This document shows positions 24,668 to 38,500 of a DNA stretch of 64,000 nt, piece after piece. Both the position numbers and the translations under genes were made by a program. Under the pieces are notes generated by a model. That model saw only the letters and a program-made list of their open reading frames with translations, was not told the origin of the DNA and made no database searches. Within the stretch, counting starts at the first letter, position 1. Each line of letters opens with the position of its first letter. Origin of the DNA: the human T2T-CHM13v2.0 reference genome, Homo sapiens; the NCBI RefSeq assembly GCF_009914755.1, contig NC_060932.1; one strand, given 5' to 3'.

Positions 24668-27600
24668 CTATCTCAGGAACTTGTTTATGATGCATCTAAT
24701 CAACTAACAGTGTTGAACCTTTGTACTGACAGAGCACTTTGAAACACTCTTTTTTTGGAATCTGCAAGTGGATATTTGGATCGCTTTGAGGATTTCGTTG
24801 GAAACGGGATGCAATATAAAACGTACACAGCAGCATACTCAGAAAATACTTTGCCATATTTCCATTCAAGTCACAGAGTGGAACATTCCCATTCATAGAG
24901 CAGGTTGGAAACACTCTTTTTGGAGTATCTGGAAGTGGACATTTGGAGCGCTTTCTGAACTATGGTGAAAAAGGAAATATCTTCCAATGAAAACAAGACA
25001 GAAGCATTCTGAGAAACTTATTTGTGATGTGTGTCCTCAACAAACGGACTTGAACCTTTCGTTTCATGCAGTACTTCTGGAACACTCTTTTTGAAGATTC
25101 TGCATGCGGATATTTGGATAGCTTTGAGGATTTCGTTGGAAACGGGCTTACATGTAAAAATTAGACAGCAGCATTCTCAGAAACTTCTTTGTGGTGTCTG
25201 CATTCAAGTCACAGAATTGAACTTCCCCTCACATAGAGCAGTTGTGCAGCACTCTATTTGTAGTATCTGGAAGTGGACATTTGGAGGGCTTTGTAGCCTA
25301 TCTGGAAAAAGGAAATATCTTCCCATGAATGCGAGATAGAAGTAATCTCAGAAACATGTTTATGCTGTATCTACTCAACTAACTGTGCTGAACATTTCTA
25401 TTGATAGAGCAGTTTTGAGACACTCTTCTTTTGGAATCTGCAAGTGGATATTTGGATAGATTTGAGGATTTCGTTGGAAACGGGATTATATATAAAAAGT
25501 AGACAGCAGCATTCTCAGAAACTTCTTTGTGATGTTTGCATCCAGCTCTCAGAGTTGAACATTCCCTTTCATAGAGTAGGTTTGAAACCCTCTTTTTATA
25601 GTGTCTGGAAGCGGGCATTTGGAGCGCTTTCAGGCCTATGCTGAAAAAGGAAATATCTACATATAGAAACTAGACAGAAGCATTCTGAGAATCAAGTTTG
25701 TGATGTGGGTACTCAACTAACAGTGTTGATCCATTCTTTTGATACAGCAGTTTTGAACCACACTTTTTGTAGAATCTGCAAGTGGATATTTGGATAGCTG
25801 TGAGGATTTCGTTGGAAACGGGAATGTCTTCATAGAAAATTTAGACAGAAGCATTCTCAGAACCTTGATTGTGATGTGTGTTCTCCACTAACAGAGTTGA
25901 ACCTTTCTTTTGACAGAACTGTTCTGAAACATTCTTTTTATAGAATCTGGAAGTGGATATTTGGAAAGCTTTGAGGATTTCGTTGGAAACGGGAATATCT
26001 TCAAATAAAATCTAGCCAGAAGCATTCTAAGAAACATCTTAGGGATGTTTACATTCAAGTCACAGAGTTGAACATTCCCTTTCACAGAGCAGGTTTGAAA
26101 CAATCTTCTCGTACTATCTGGCAGTGGACATTTTGAGCTCTTTGGGGCCTATGCTGAAAAAGGAAATATCTTCCGACAAAAACTAGTCAGAAGCATTCGC
26201 AGAATCACGTTTGTGATGTGTGCACTCAACTGTCAGAATTGAACCTTGGTTTGGAGAGAGCACTTTTGAAACACACTTTTTGTAGAATCTGCAGGTGGAT
26301 ATTTGGCTAGCTTTGAGGATTTCGTTGGAAACGGTAATGTCTTCAAAGAAAATCTAGACAGAAGCATTCTCAGAAACACCTTCGTGATGTTTGCAATCAA
26401 GTCACAGAGTTGAACCTTCCGTTTCATAGAGCAGGTTGGAAACACACTTTTTGTAGTATCTGGAAGTGGACATTTGGAGGGCTTTGTAGCCTATCTGGAA
26501 AAAGGAAATATCTTCCCATGAATGCGAGATAGATGTAATCTCAGAAACATGTTTATGCTGTATCTACTCAACTAACTGTGCTGAACATTTCTATTGATAG
26601 AGCAGTTTTGAGACACTCTTCTTTTGGAATCTGCAAGTGGATATTTGGATAGATTTGAGGATTTCGTTGGAAACGGGATTATATATAAAAAGTAGACAGC
26701 AGCATTCTCAGAAACTTCTTTGTGATGTTTGCATCCAGCTCTCAGAGTTGAACATTCCCTTTCATAGAGTAGGTTTGAAACCCTCTTTTTATAGTGTCTG
26801 GAAGCGGGCATTTGGAGCGCTTTCAGGCCTATGCTGAAAAAGGAAATATCTACCTATAGAAACTAGACAGAAGCATTCTGAGAATCACGTTTGTGATGTG
26901 GGTACTCAACTAACAGTGTTGATCCATTCTTTTGATACAGCAGTTTTGAACCACACTTTTTGTAGAATCTGCAAGTGGATATTTGGATAGCTGTGAGGAT
27001 TTCGTTGGAAACGGGAATGTCTTCATAGAAAATTTAGACAGAAGCATTCTCAGAACCTTGATTGTGATGTGTGTTCTCCACTAACAGAGTTGAACCTTTC
27101 TTTTGACAGAACTGTTCTGAAACATTCTTTTTATAGAATCTGGAAGTGGATATTTGGAAAGCTTTGAGGATTTCGTTGGAAACGGGAATATCTTCAAATC
27201 AAATCTAGCCAGAAGCATTCTAAGAAACAGCTTAGGGATGTTTACATTCAAGTCACAGAGTTGAACATTCCCTTTCACAGAGCAGGTTTGAAACAATCTT
27301 CTCGTACTATCTGGCAGTGGACATTTTGAGCTCCTTGGGGCCTATGCTGAAAAAGGAAATATCTTCCGACAAAAACTAGACAGAAGCATTCGCAGAATCA
27401 CGTTTGTGATGTGTGCACTCAACTGTCAGAATTGAACCTTGGTTTGGACAGAGCACTTTTGAAACACTCTTTTTGTAGAATCTGCAGGTGGATATTTGGC
27501 TAGCTTTGAGGATTTCGTTGGAAACGGTAATGTCTTCAAAGAAAATCTAGACAGAAGCATTCTCAGAAACACCTTCGTGATGTTTGCAATCAAGTCACAG

Positions 27601-27728
27601 AGTTGAACCTTCCGTTTCATAGAGCAGGTTGGAAACACTCTTTTTGTAGTATCTGGAAGTGGACATTTGGAGTGCTTTCAGGCCTATGGTGAAAAAGGAA
27701 ATATCTTCCCATAAAAACGACATAGAAG
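24668..27728 (+). repeat. 18-mer HOR variant, 3061 bp
   Basis: Spacing 25031 to 28092 = 675+2x1193. Confidence 0.93.
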
Positions 27729-29596
27729 CTATCTCAGGAACTTGTTTATGATGCATCTAATCAACTAACAGTGTTGAACCTTTGTACTGACAGAGCAGTT
27801 TGAAACACTCTTTTTTTGGAATCTGCAAGTGGATATTTGGATCGCTTTGAGGATTTCGTTGGAAACGGGATGCAATATAAAACGTACACAGCAGCATACT
27901 CAGAAAATACTTTGCCATATTTCCATTCAAGTCACAGAGTGGAACATTCCCATTCATAGAGCAGGTTGGAAACACTCTTTTTGGAGTATCTGGAAGTGGA
28001 CATTTGGAGCGCTTTCTGAACTATGGTGAAAAAGGAAATATCTTCCAATGAAAACAAGACAGAAGCATTCTGAGAAACTTATTTGTGATGTGTGTCCTCA
28101 ACAAACGGACTTGAACCTTTCGTTTCATGCAGTACTTCTGGAACACTCTTTTTGAAGATTCTGCATGCGGATATTTGGATAGCTTTGAGGATTTCGTTGG
28201 AAACGGGCTTACATGTAAAAATTAGACAGCAGCATTCTCAGAAACTTCTTTGTGGTGTCTGCATTCAAGTCACAGAATTGAACTTCCCCTCACATAGAGC
28301 AGTTGTGCAGCACTCTATTTGTAGTATCTGGAAGTGGACATTTGGAGGGCTTTGTAGCCTATCTGGAAAAAGGAAATATCTTCCCATGAATGCGAGATAG
28401 AAGTAATCTCAGAAACATGTTTATGCTGTATCTACTCAACTAACTGTGCTGAACATTTCTATTGATAGAGCAGTTTTGAGACCCTCTTCTTTTGGAATCT
28501 GCAAGTGGATATTTGGATAGATTTGAGGATTTCGTTGGAAACGGGATGATATATAAAAAGTAGACAGCAGCATTCTCAGAAACTTCTTTGTGATGTTTGC
28601 ATCCAGCTCTCAGAGTTGAACATTCCCTTTCATAGAGTAGGTTTGAAACCCTCTTTTTATAGTGTCTGGAAGCGGGCATTTGGAGCGCTTTCAGGCCTAT
28701 GCTGAAAAAGGAAATATCTACATATAGAAACTAGACAGAAGCATTCTGAGAATCAAGTTTGTGATGTGGGTACTCAACTAACAGTGTTGATCCATTCTTT
28801 TGATACAGCAGTTTTGAACCACACTTTTTGTAGAATCTGCAAGTGGATATTTGGATAGCTGTGAGGATTTCGTTGGAAACGGGAATGTCTTCATAGAAAA
28901 TTTAGACAGAAGCATTCTCAGAACCTTGATTGTGATGTGTGTTCTCCACTAACAGAGTTGAACCTTTCTTTAGACAGAACTGTTCTGAAACATTCTTTTT
29001 ATAGAATCTGGAAGTGGATATTTGGAAAGCTTTGAGGATTTCGTTGGAAACGGGAATATCTTCAAATAAAATCTAGCCAGAAGCATTCTAAGAAACATCT
29101 TAGGGATGTTTACATTCAAGTCACAGAGTTGAACATTCCCTTTCACAGAGCAGGTTTGAAACAATCTTCTCGTACTATCTGGCAGTGGACATTTTGAGCT
29201 CCTTGGGGCCTATGCTGAAAAAGGAAATATCTTCCGACAAAAACTAGACAGAAGCATTCGCAGAATCACGTTTGTGATGTGTGCACTCAACTGTCAGAAT
29301 TGAACCTTGGTTTGGACAGAGCACTTTTGAAACACTCTTTTTGTAGAATCTGCAGGTGGATATTTGGCTAGCTTTGAGGATTTCGTTGGAAACGGTAATG
29401 TCTTCAAAGAAAATCTAGACAGAAGCATTCTCAGAAACACCTTCGTGATGTTTGCAATCAAGTCACAGAGTTGAACCTTCCGTTTCATAGAGCAGGTTGG
29501 AAACACTCTTTTTGTAGTATCTGGAAGTGGACATTTGGAGCGCTTTCAGGCCTATGGTGAAAAAGGAAATATCTTCCCATAAAAACGACATAGAAG
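27729..29596 (+). repeat. Canonical 11-mer HOR (m1-m11), 1868 bp; the only copy in the window
   Basis: Spacing 28092 to 29960 = 1868. m11 ends with its own tail (GGAGCGCTTTCAGGCCTATGGTG) and runs into m1, with no hybrid monomer. Confidence 0.93.
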
Positions 29597-32500
29597 CTAT
29601 CTCAGGAACTTGTTTATGATGCATCTAATCAACTAACAGTGTTGAACCTTTGTACTGACAGAGCAGTTTGAAACACTCTTTTTTTGGAATCTGCAAGTGG
29701 ATATTTGGATCGCTTTGAGGATTTCGTTGGAAACGGGATGCAATATAAAACGTACACAGCAGCATACTCAGAAAATACTTTGCCATATTTCCATTCAAGT
29801 CACAGAGTGGAACATTCCCATTCATAGAGCAGGTTTGAAACACTCTTTTTGGAGTATCTGGAAGTGGACATTTGGAGCGCTTTCTGAACTATGGTGAAAA
29901 AGGAAATAACTTCCAATGAAAACAAGACAGAAGCATTCTGAGAAACTTATTTGTGATGTGTGTCCTCAACAAACGGACTTGAACCTTTCGTTTCATGCAG
30001 TACTTCTGGAACACTCTTTTTGAAGATTCTGCATGCGGATATTTGGATAGCTTTGAGGATTTCGTTGGAAACGGGCTTACATGTAAAAATTAGACAGCAG
30101 CATTCTCAGAAACTTCTTTGTGGTGTCTGCATTCAAGTCACAGAATTGAACTTCCCCTCACATAGAGCAGTTGTGCAGCACTCTATTTGTAGTATCTGGA
30201 AGTGGACATTTGGAGGGCTTTGTAGCCTATCTGGAAAAAGGAAATATCTTCCCATGAATGCGAGATAGAAGTAATCTCAGAAACATGTTTATGCTGTATC
30301 TACTCAACTAACTGTGCTGAACATTTCTATTGATAGAGCAGTTTTGAGACCCTCTTCTTTTGGAATCTGCAAGTGGATATTTGGATAGATTTGAGGATTT
30401 CGTTGGAAACGGGATTATATATAAAAAGTAGACAGCAGCATTCTCAGAAACTTCTTTGTGATGTTTGCATCCAGCTCTCAGAGTTGAACATTCCCTTTCA
30501 TAGAGTAGGTTTGAAACCCTCTTTTTATAGTGTCTGGAAGCGGGCATTTGGAGCGCTTTCAGGCCTATGCTGAAAAAGGAGATATCTACCTATAGAAACT
30601 AGACAGAAGCATTCTGAGAATCACGTTTGTGATGTGGGTACTCAACTAACAGTGTTGATCCATTCTTTTGATACAGCAGTTTTGAACCACACTTTTTGTA
30701 GAATCTGCAAGTGGATATTTGGATAGCTGTGAGGATTTCGTTGGAAACGGGAATGTCTTCATAGAAAATTTAGAGAGAAGCATTCTCAGAACCTTGATTG
30801 TGATGTGTGTTCTCCACTAACAGAGTTGAACCTTTCTTTTGACAGAACTGTTCTGAAACATTCTTTTTATAGAATCTGGAAGTGGATATTTGGAAAGCTT
30901 TGAGGATTTCGTTGGAAACGGGAATATCTTCAAATAAAATCTAGCCAGAAGCATTCTAAGAAACATCTTAGGGATGTTTACATTCAAGTCACAGAGTTGA
31001 ACATTCCCTTTCACAGAGCAGGTTTGAAACAATCTTCTCGTACTATCTGGCAGTGGACATTTTGAGCTCTTTCGGGCCTATGCTGAAAAAGGAAATATCT
31101 TCCGACAAAAACTAGACAGAAGCATTCGCAGAATCACGTTTGTGATGTGTGCACTCAACTGTCAGAATTGAACCTTGGTTTGGAGAGAGCACTTTTGAAA
31201 CACTCTTTTTGTAGAATCTGCAGGTGGATATTTGGCTAGCTTTGAGGATTTCGTTGGAAACGGTAATGTCTTCAAAGAAAATCTAGACAGAAGCATTCTC
31301 AGAAACACCTTCGTGATGTTTGCAATCAAGTCACAGAGTTGAACCTTCCGTTTCATAGAGCAGGTTGGAAACACACTTTTTGTAGTATCTGGAAGTGGAC
31401 ATTTGGAGGGCTTTGTAGCCTATCTGGAAAAAGGAAATATCTTCCCATGAATGCGAGATAGAAGTAATCTCAGAAACATGTTTATGCTGTATCTACTCAA
31501 CTAACTGTGCTGAACATTTCTATTGATAGAGCAGTTTTGAGACACTCTTCTTTTGGAATCTGCAAGTGGATATTTGGATAGATTTGAGGATTTCGTTGGA
31601 AACGGGATTATATATAAAAAGTAGACAGCAGCATTCTCAGAAACTTCTTTGTGATGTTTGCATCTAGCTCCCAGAGTTGAACATTCCCTTTCATAGAGTA
31701 GGTTTGAAACCCTCTTTTTATAGTGTCTGGAAGCGGGCATTTGGAGCGCTTTCAGGCCTATGCTGAAAAAGGAAATATCTACCTATAGAAACTAGACAGA
31801 AGCATTCTGAGAATCACGTTTGTGATGTGGGTACTCAACTAACAGTGTTGATCCATTCTTTTGATACAGCAGTTTTGAACCACACTTTTTGTAGAATCTG
31901 CAAGTGGATATTTGGATAGCTGTGAGGATTTCGTTGGAAACGGGAATGTCTTCATAGAAAATTTAGACAGAAGCATTCTCAGAACCTTGATTGTGATGTG
32001 TGTTCTCCACTAACAGAGTTGAACCTTTCTTTTGACAGAACTGTTCTGAAACATTCTTTTTATAGAATCTGGAAGTGGATATTTGGAAAGCTTTGAGGAT
32101 TTCGTTGGAAACGGGAATATCTTCAAATCAAATCTAGCCAGAAGCATTCTAAGAAACAGCTTAGGGATGTTTACATTCAAGTCACAGAGTTGAACATTCC
32201 CTTTCACAGAGCAGGTTTGAAACAATCTTCTCGTACTATCTGGCAGTGGACATTTTGAGCTCTTTGGGGCCTATGCTGAAAAAGGAAATATCTTCCGACA
32301 AAAACTAGACAGAAGCATTCGCAGAATCACGTTTGTGATGTGTGCACTCAACTGTCAGAATTGAACCTTGGTTTGGACAGAGCACTTTTGAAACACTCTT
32401 TTTGTAGAATCTGCAGGTGGATATTTGGCTAGCTTTGAGGATTTCGTTGGAAACGGTAATGTCTTCAAAGAAAATCTAGACAGAAGCATTCTCAGAAACA

Positions 32501-35500
32501 ACTTCGTGATGTTTGCAATCAAGTCACAGAGTTGAACCTTCCGTTTCATAGAGCAGGTTGGAAACACACTTTTTGTAGTATCTGGAAGTGGACATTTGGA
32601 GGGCTTTGTAGCCTATCTGGAAAAAGGAAATATCTTCCCATGAATGCGAGATAGAAGTAATCTCAGAAACATGTTTATGCTGTATCTACTCAACTAACTG
32701 TGCTGAACATTTCTATTGATAGAGCAGTTTTGAGACACTCTTCTTTTGGAATCTGCAAGTGGATATTTGGATAGATTTGAGGATTTCGTTGGAAACGGGA
32801 TTATATATAAAAAGTAGACAGCAGCATTCTCAGAAACTTCTTTGTGATGTTTGCATCCAGCTCTCAGAGTTGAACATTCCCTTTCATAGAGTAGGTTTGA
32901 AACCCTCTTTTTATAGTGTCTGGAAGCGGGCATTTGGAGCGCTTTCAGGCCTATGCTTAAAATAGGAAATATCTACGTACAGAAACTAGACAGAAGCATT
33001 CTGAGAATCACGTTTGTGATGTGGGTACTCAACTAACAGTGTTGATCCATTCTTTTGATACAGCAGTTTTGAACCACACTTTTTGTAGAATCTGCAAGAG
33101 GATATTTGGATAGCTGTGAGGATTTCGTTGGAAACGGGAATGTCTTCAAAGAAAATCTAGACAGAAGCATTCTCAGAAACACCTTCGTGATGTTTGCAAT
33201 CAAGTCACAGAGTTGAACCTTCCGTTTCATAGAGCAGGTTGGAAACACTCTTATTGTAGTATCTGGAAGTGGACATTTGGAGCGCTTTCAGGCCTATGGT
33301 GAAAAAGGAAATATCTTCCCATAAAAACGACATAGAAGCTATCTCAGGAACTTGTTTATGATGCATCTAATCAACTAACAGTGTTGAACCTTTGTACTGA
33401 CAGAGCACTTTGAAACACTCTTTTTTTGGAATCTGCAAGTGGATATTTGGATCGCTTTGAGGATTTCGTTGGAAACGGGATGCAATATAAAACGTACACA
33501 GCAGCATACTCAGAAAATACTTTGCCATATTTCCATTCAAGTCACAGAGTGGAACATTCCCATTCATAGAGCAGGTTGGAAACACTCTTTTTGGAGTATC
33601 TGGAAGTGGACATTTGGAGCGCTTTCTGAACTATGGTGAAAAAGGAAATATCTTCCAATGAAAACAAGACAGAAGCATTCTGAGAAACTTATTTGTGATG
33701 TGTGTCCTCAACAAACGGACTTGAATCTTTCGTTTCATGCAGTACTTCTGGAACACTCTTTTTGAAGATTCTGCATGCGGATATTTGGATAGCTTTGAGG
33801 ATTTCGTTGGAAACGGGCTTACATGTAAAAATTAGACAGCAGCATTCTCAGAAACTTCTTTGTGGTGTCTGCATTCAAGTCACAGAATTGAACTTCCCCT
33901 CACATAGAGCAGTTGTGCAGCACTCTATTTGTAGTATCTGGAAGTGGACATTTGGAGGGCTTTGTAGCCTATCTGGAAAAAGGAAATATCTTCCCATGAA
34001 TGCGAGATAGAAGTAATCTCAGAAACATGTTTATGCTGTATCTACTCAACTAACTGTGCTGAACATTTCTATTGATAGAGCAGTTTTGAGACCCTCTTCT
34101 TTTGGAATCTGCAAGTGGATATTTGGATAGATTTGAGGATTTCGTTGGAAACGGGATTATATATAAAAAGTAGACAGCAGCATTCTCAGAAACTTCTTTG
34201 TGATGTTTGCATCCAGCTCTCAGAGTTGAACATTCCCTTTCATAGAGTAGGTTTGAAACCCTCTTTTTATAGTGTCTGGAAGCGGGCATTTGGAGCGCTT
34301 TCAGGCCTATGCTGAAAAAGGAGATATCTACCTATAGAAACTAGACAGAAGCATTCTGAGAATCACGTTTGTGATGTGGGTACTCAACTAACAGTGTTGA
34401 TCCATTCTTTTGATACAGCAGTTTTGAACCACACTTTTTGTAGAATCTGCAAGTGGATATTTGGATAGCTGTGAGGATTTCGTTGGAAACGGGAATGTCT
34501 TCATAGAAAATTTAGAGAGAAGCATTCTCAGAACCTTGATTGTGATGTGTGTTCTCCACTAACAGAGTTGAACCTTTCTTTTGACAGAACTGTTCTGAAA
34601 CATTCTTTTTATAGAATCTGGAAGTGGATATTTGGAAAGCTTTGAGGATTTCGTTGGAAACGGGAATATCTTCAAATCAAATCTAGCCAGAAGCATTCTA
34701 AGAAACAGCTTAGGGATGTTTACATTCAAGTCACAGAGTTGAACATTCCCTTTCACAGAGCAGGTTTGAAACAATCTTCTCGTACTATCTGGCAGTGGAC
34801 ATTTTGAGCTCTTTGGGGCCTATGCTGAAAAAGGAAATATCTTCCGACAAAAACTAGACAGAAGCATTCGCAGAATCACGTTTGTGATGTGTGCACTCAA
34901 CTGTCAGAATTGAACCTTGGTTTGGAGAGAGCACTTTTGAAACACTCTTTTTGTAGAATCTGCAGGTGGATATTTGGCTAGCTTTGAGGATTTCGTTGGA
35001 AACGGTAATGTCTTCAAAGAAAATCTAGACAGAAGCATTCTCAGAAACACCTTCGTGATGTTTGCAATCAAGTCACAGAGTTGAACCTTCCGTTTCATAG
35101 AGCAGGTTGGAAACACACTTTTTGTAGTATCTGGAAGTGGACATTTGGAGGGCTTTGTAGCCTATCTGGAAAAAGGAAATATCTTCCCATGAATGCGAGA
35201 TAGAAGTAATCTCAGAAACATGTTTATGCTGTATCTACTCAACTAACTGTGCTGAACATTTCTATTGATAGAGCAGTTTTGAGACACTCTTCTTTTGGAA
35301 TCTGCAAGTGGATATTTGGATAGATTTGAGGATTTCGTTGGAAACGGGATTATATATAAAAAGTAGACAGCAGCATTCTCAGAAACTTCTTTGTGATGTT
35401 TGCATCCAGCTCTCAGAGTTGAACATTCCCTTTCATAGAGTAGGTTTGAAACCCTCTTTTTATAGTGTCTGGAAGCGGGCATTTGGAGCGCTTTCAGGCC

Positions 35501-38500
35501 TATGCTGAAAAAGGAAATATCTACCTATAGAAACTAGACAGAAGCATTCTGAGAATCACGTTTGTGATGTGGGTACTCAACTAACAGTGTTGATCCATTC
35601 TTTTGATACAGCAGTTTTGAACCACACTTTTTGTAGAATCTGCAAGTGGATATTTGGATAGCTGTGAGGATTTCGTTGGAAACGGGAATGTCTTCATAGA
35701 AAATTTAGACAGAAGCATTCTCAGAACCTTGATTGTGATGTGTGTTCTCCACTAACAGAGTTGAACCTTTCTTTTGACAGAACTGTTCTGAAACATTCTT
35801 TTTATAGAATCTGGAAGTGGATATTTGGAAAGCTTTGAGGATTTCGTTGGAAACGGGAATATCTTCAAATCAAATCTAGCCAGAAGCATTCTAAGAAACA
35901 TCTTAGGGATGTTTACATTCAAGTCACAGAGTTGAACATTCCCTTTCACAGAGCAGGTTTGAAACAATCTTCTCGTACTATCTGGCAGTGGACATTTTGA
36001 GCTCCTTGGGGCCTATGCTGAAAAAGGAAATATCTTCCGACAAAAACTAGACAGAAGCATTCGCAGAATCACGTTTGTGATGTGTGCACTCAACTGTCAG
36101 AATTGAACCTTGGTTTGGACAGAGCACTTTTGAAACACTCTTTTTGTAGAATCTGCAGGTGGATATTTGGCTAGCTTTGAGGATTTCGTTGGAAACGGTA
36201 ATGTCTTCAAAGAAAATCTAGACAGAAGCATTCTCAGAAACACCTTCGTGATGTTTGCAATCAAGTCACAGAGTTGAACCTTCCGTTTCATAGAGCAGGT
36301 TGGAAACACTCTTTTTGTAGTATCTGGAAGTGGACATTTGGAGGGCTTTGTAGCCTATGTGGAAAAAGGAAATATCTTCCCATGAATGCGAGATAGAAGT
36401 AATCTCAGAAACATGTTTATGCTGTATCTACTCAACTAACTGTGCTGAACATTTCTATTGATAGAGCAGTTTTGAGACACTCTTCTTTTGGAATCTGCAA
36501 GTGGATATTTGGAGAGATTTGAGGATTTCGTTGGAAACGGGATTATATATAAAAAGTAGACAGCAGCATTCTCAGAAACTTCTTTGTGATGTTTGCATCC
36601 AGCTCTCAGAGTTGAACATTCCCTTTCATAGAGTAGGTTTGAAACCCTCTTTTTATAGTGTCTGGAAGCGGGCATTTGGAGCGCTTTCAGACCTATGCTT
36701 AAAATAGGAAATATCTACCTACAGAAACTAGACAGAAGCATTCTGAGAATCTCGTTTGTGATGTGGGTACTCAACTAACAGTGTTGATCCATTCTTTAGA
36801 TACAGCAGTTTTGAACCACACTTTTTGTAGAATCTGCAAGAGGATATTTGGATAGCTGTGAGGATTTCGTTGGAAACGGGAATGTCTTCAAAGAAAATCT
36901 AGACAGAAACATTCTCAGAAACACCTTCGTGATGTTTGCAATCAAGTCACAGAGTTGAACCTTCCGTTTCATAGAGCAGGTTGGAAACACTCTTATTGTA
37001 GTATCTGGAAGTGGACATTTGGAGCGCTTTCAGGCCTATGGTGAAAAAGGAAATATCTTCCCATAAAAACGACATAGAAGCTATCTCAGGAACTTGTTTA
37101 TGATGCATCTAATCAACTAACAGTGTTGAACCTTTGTACTGACAGAGCACTTTGAAACACTCTTTTTTTGGAATCTGCAAGTGGATATTTGGATCGCTTT
37201 GAGGATTTCGTTGGAAACGGGATGCAATATAAAACGTACACAGCAGCATACTCAGAAAATACTTTGCCATATTTCCATTCAAGTCACAGAGTGGAACATT
37301 CCCATTCATAGAGCAGGTTGGAAACACTCTTTTTGGAGTATCTGGAAGTGGACATTTGGAGCGCTTTCTGAACTATGGTGAAAAAGGAAATATCTTCCAA
37401 TGAAAACAAGACAGAAGCATTCTGAGAAACTTATTTGTGATGTGTGTCCTCAACAAACGGACTTGAACCTTTCGTTTCATGCAGTACTTCTGGAACACTC
37501 TTTTTGAAGATTCTGCATGCGGATATTTGGATAGCTTTGAGGATTTCGTTGGAAACGGGCTTACATGTAAAAATTAGACAGCAGCATTCTCAGAAACTTC
37601 TTTGTGGTGTCTGCATTCAAGTCACAGAATTGAACTTCCCCTCACATAGAGCAGTTGTGCAGCACTCTATTTGTAGTATCTGGAAGTGGACATTTGGAGG
37701 GCTTTGTAGCCTATCTGGAAAAAGGAAATATCTTCCCATGAATGCGAGATAGAAGTAATCTCAGAAACATGTTTATGCTGTATCTACTCAACTAACTGTG
37801 CTGAACATTTCTATTGATAGAGCAGTTTTGAGACCCTCTTCTTTTGGAATCTGCAAGTGGATATTTGGATAGATTTGAGGATTTCGTTGGAAACGGGATT
37901 ATATATAAAAAGTAGACAGCAGCATTCTCAGAAACTTCTTTGTGATGTTTGCATCCAGCTCTCAGAGTTGAACATTCCCTTTCATAGAGTAGGTTTGAAA
38001 CCCTCTTTTTATAGTGTCTGGAAGCGGGCATTTGGAGCGCTTTCAGGCCTATGCTGAAAAAGGAGATATCTACCTATAGAAACTAGACAGAAGCATTCTG
38101 AGAATCACGTTTGTGATGTGGGTACTCAACTAACAGTGTTGATCCATTCTTTTGATACAGCAGTTTTGAACCACACTTTTTGTAGAATCTGCAAGTGGAT
38201 ATTTGGATAGCTGTGAGGATTTCGTTGGAAACGGGAATGTCTTCATAGAAAATTTAGACAGAAGCATTCTCAGAACCTTGATTGTGATGTGTGTTCTCCA
38301 CTAACAGAGTTGAACCTTTCTTTTGACAGAACTGTTCTGAAACATTCTTTTTATAGAATCTGGAAGTGGATATTTGGAAAGCTTTGAGGATTTCGTTGGA
38401 AACGGGAATATCTTCAAATAAAATCTAGCCAGAAGCATTCTAAGAAACATCTTAGGGATGTTTACATTCAAGTCACAGAGTTGAACATTCCCTTTCACAG

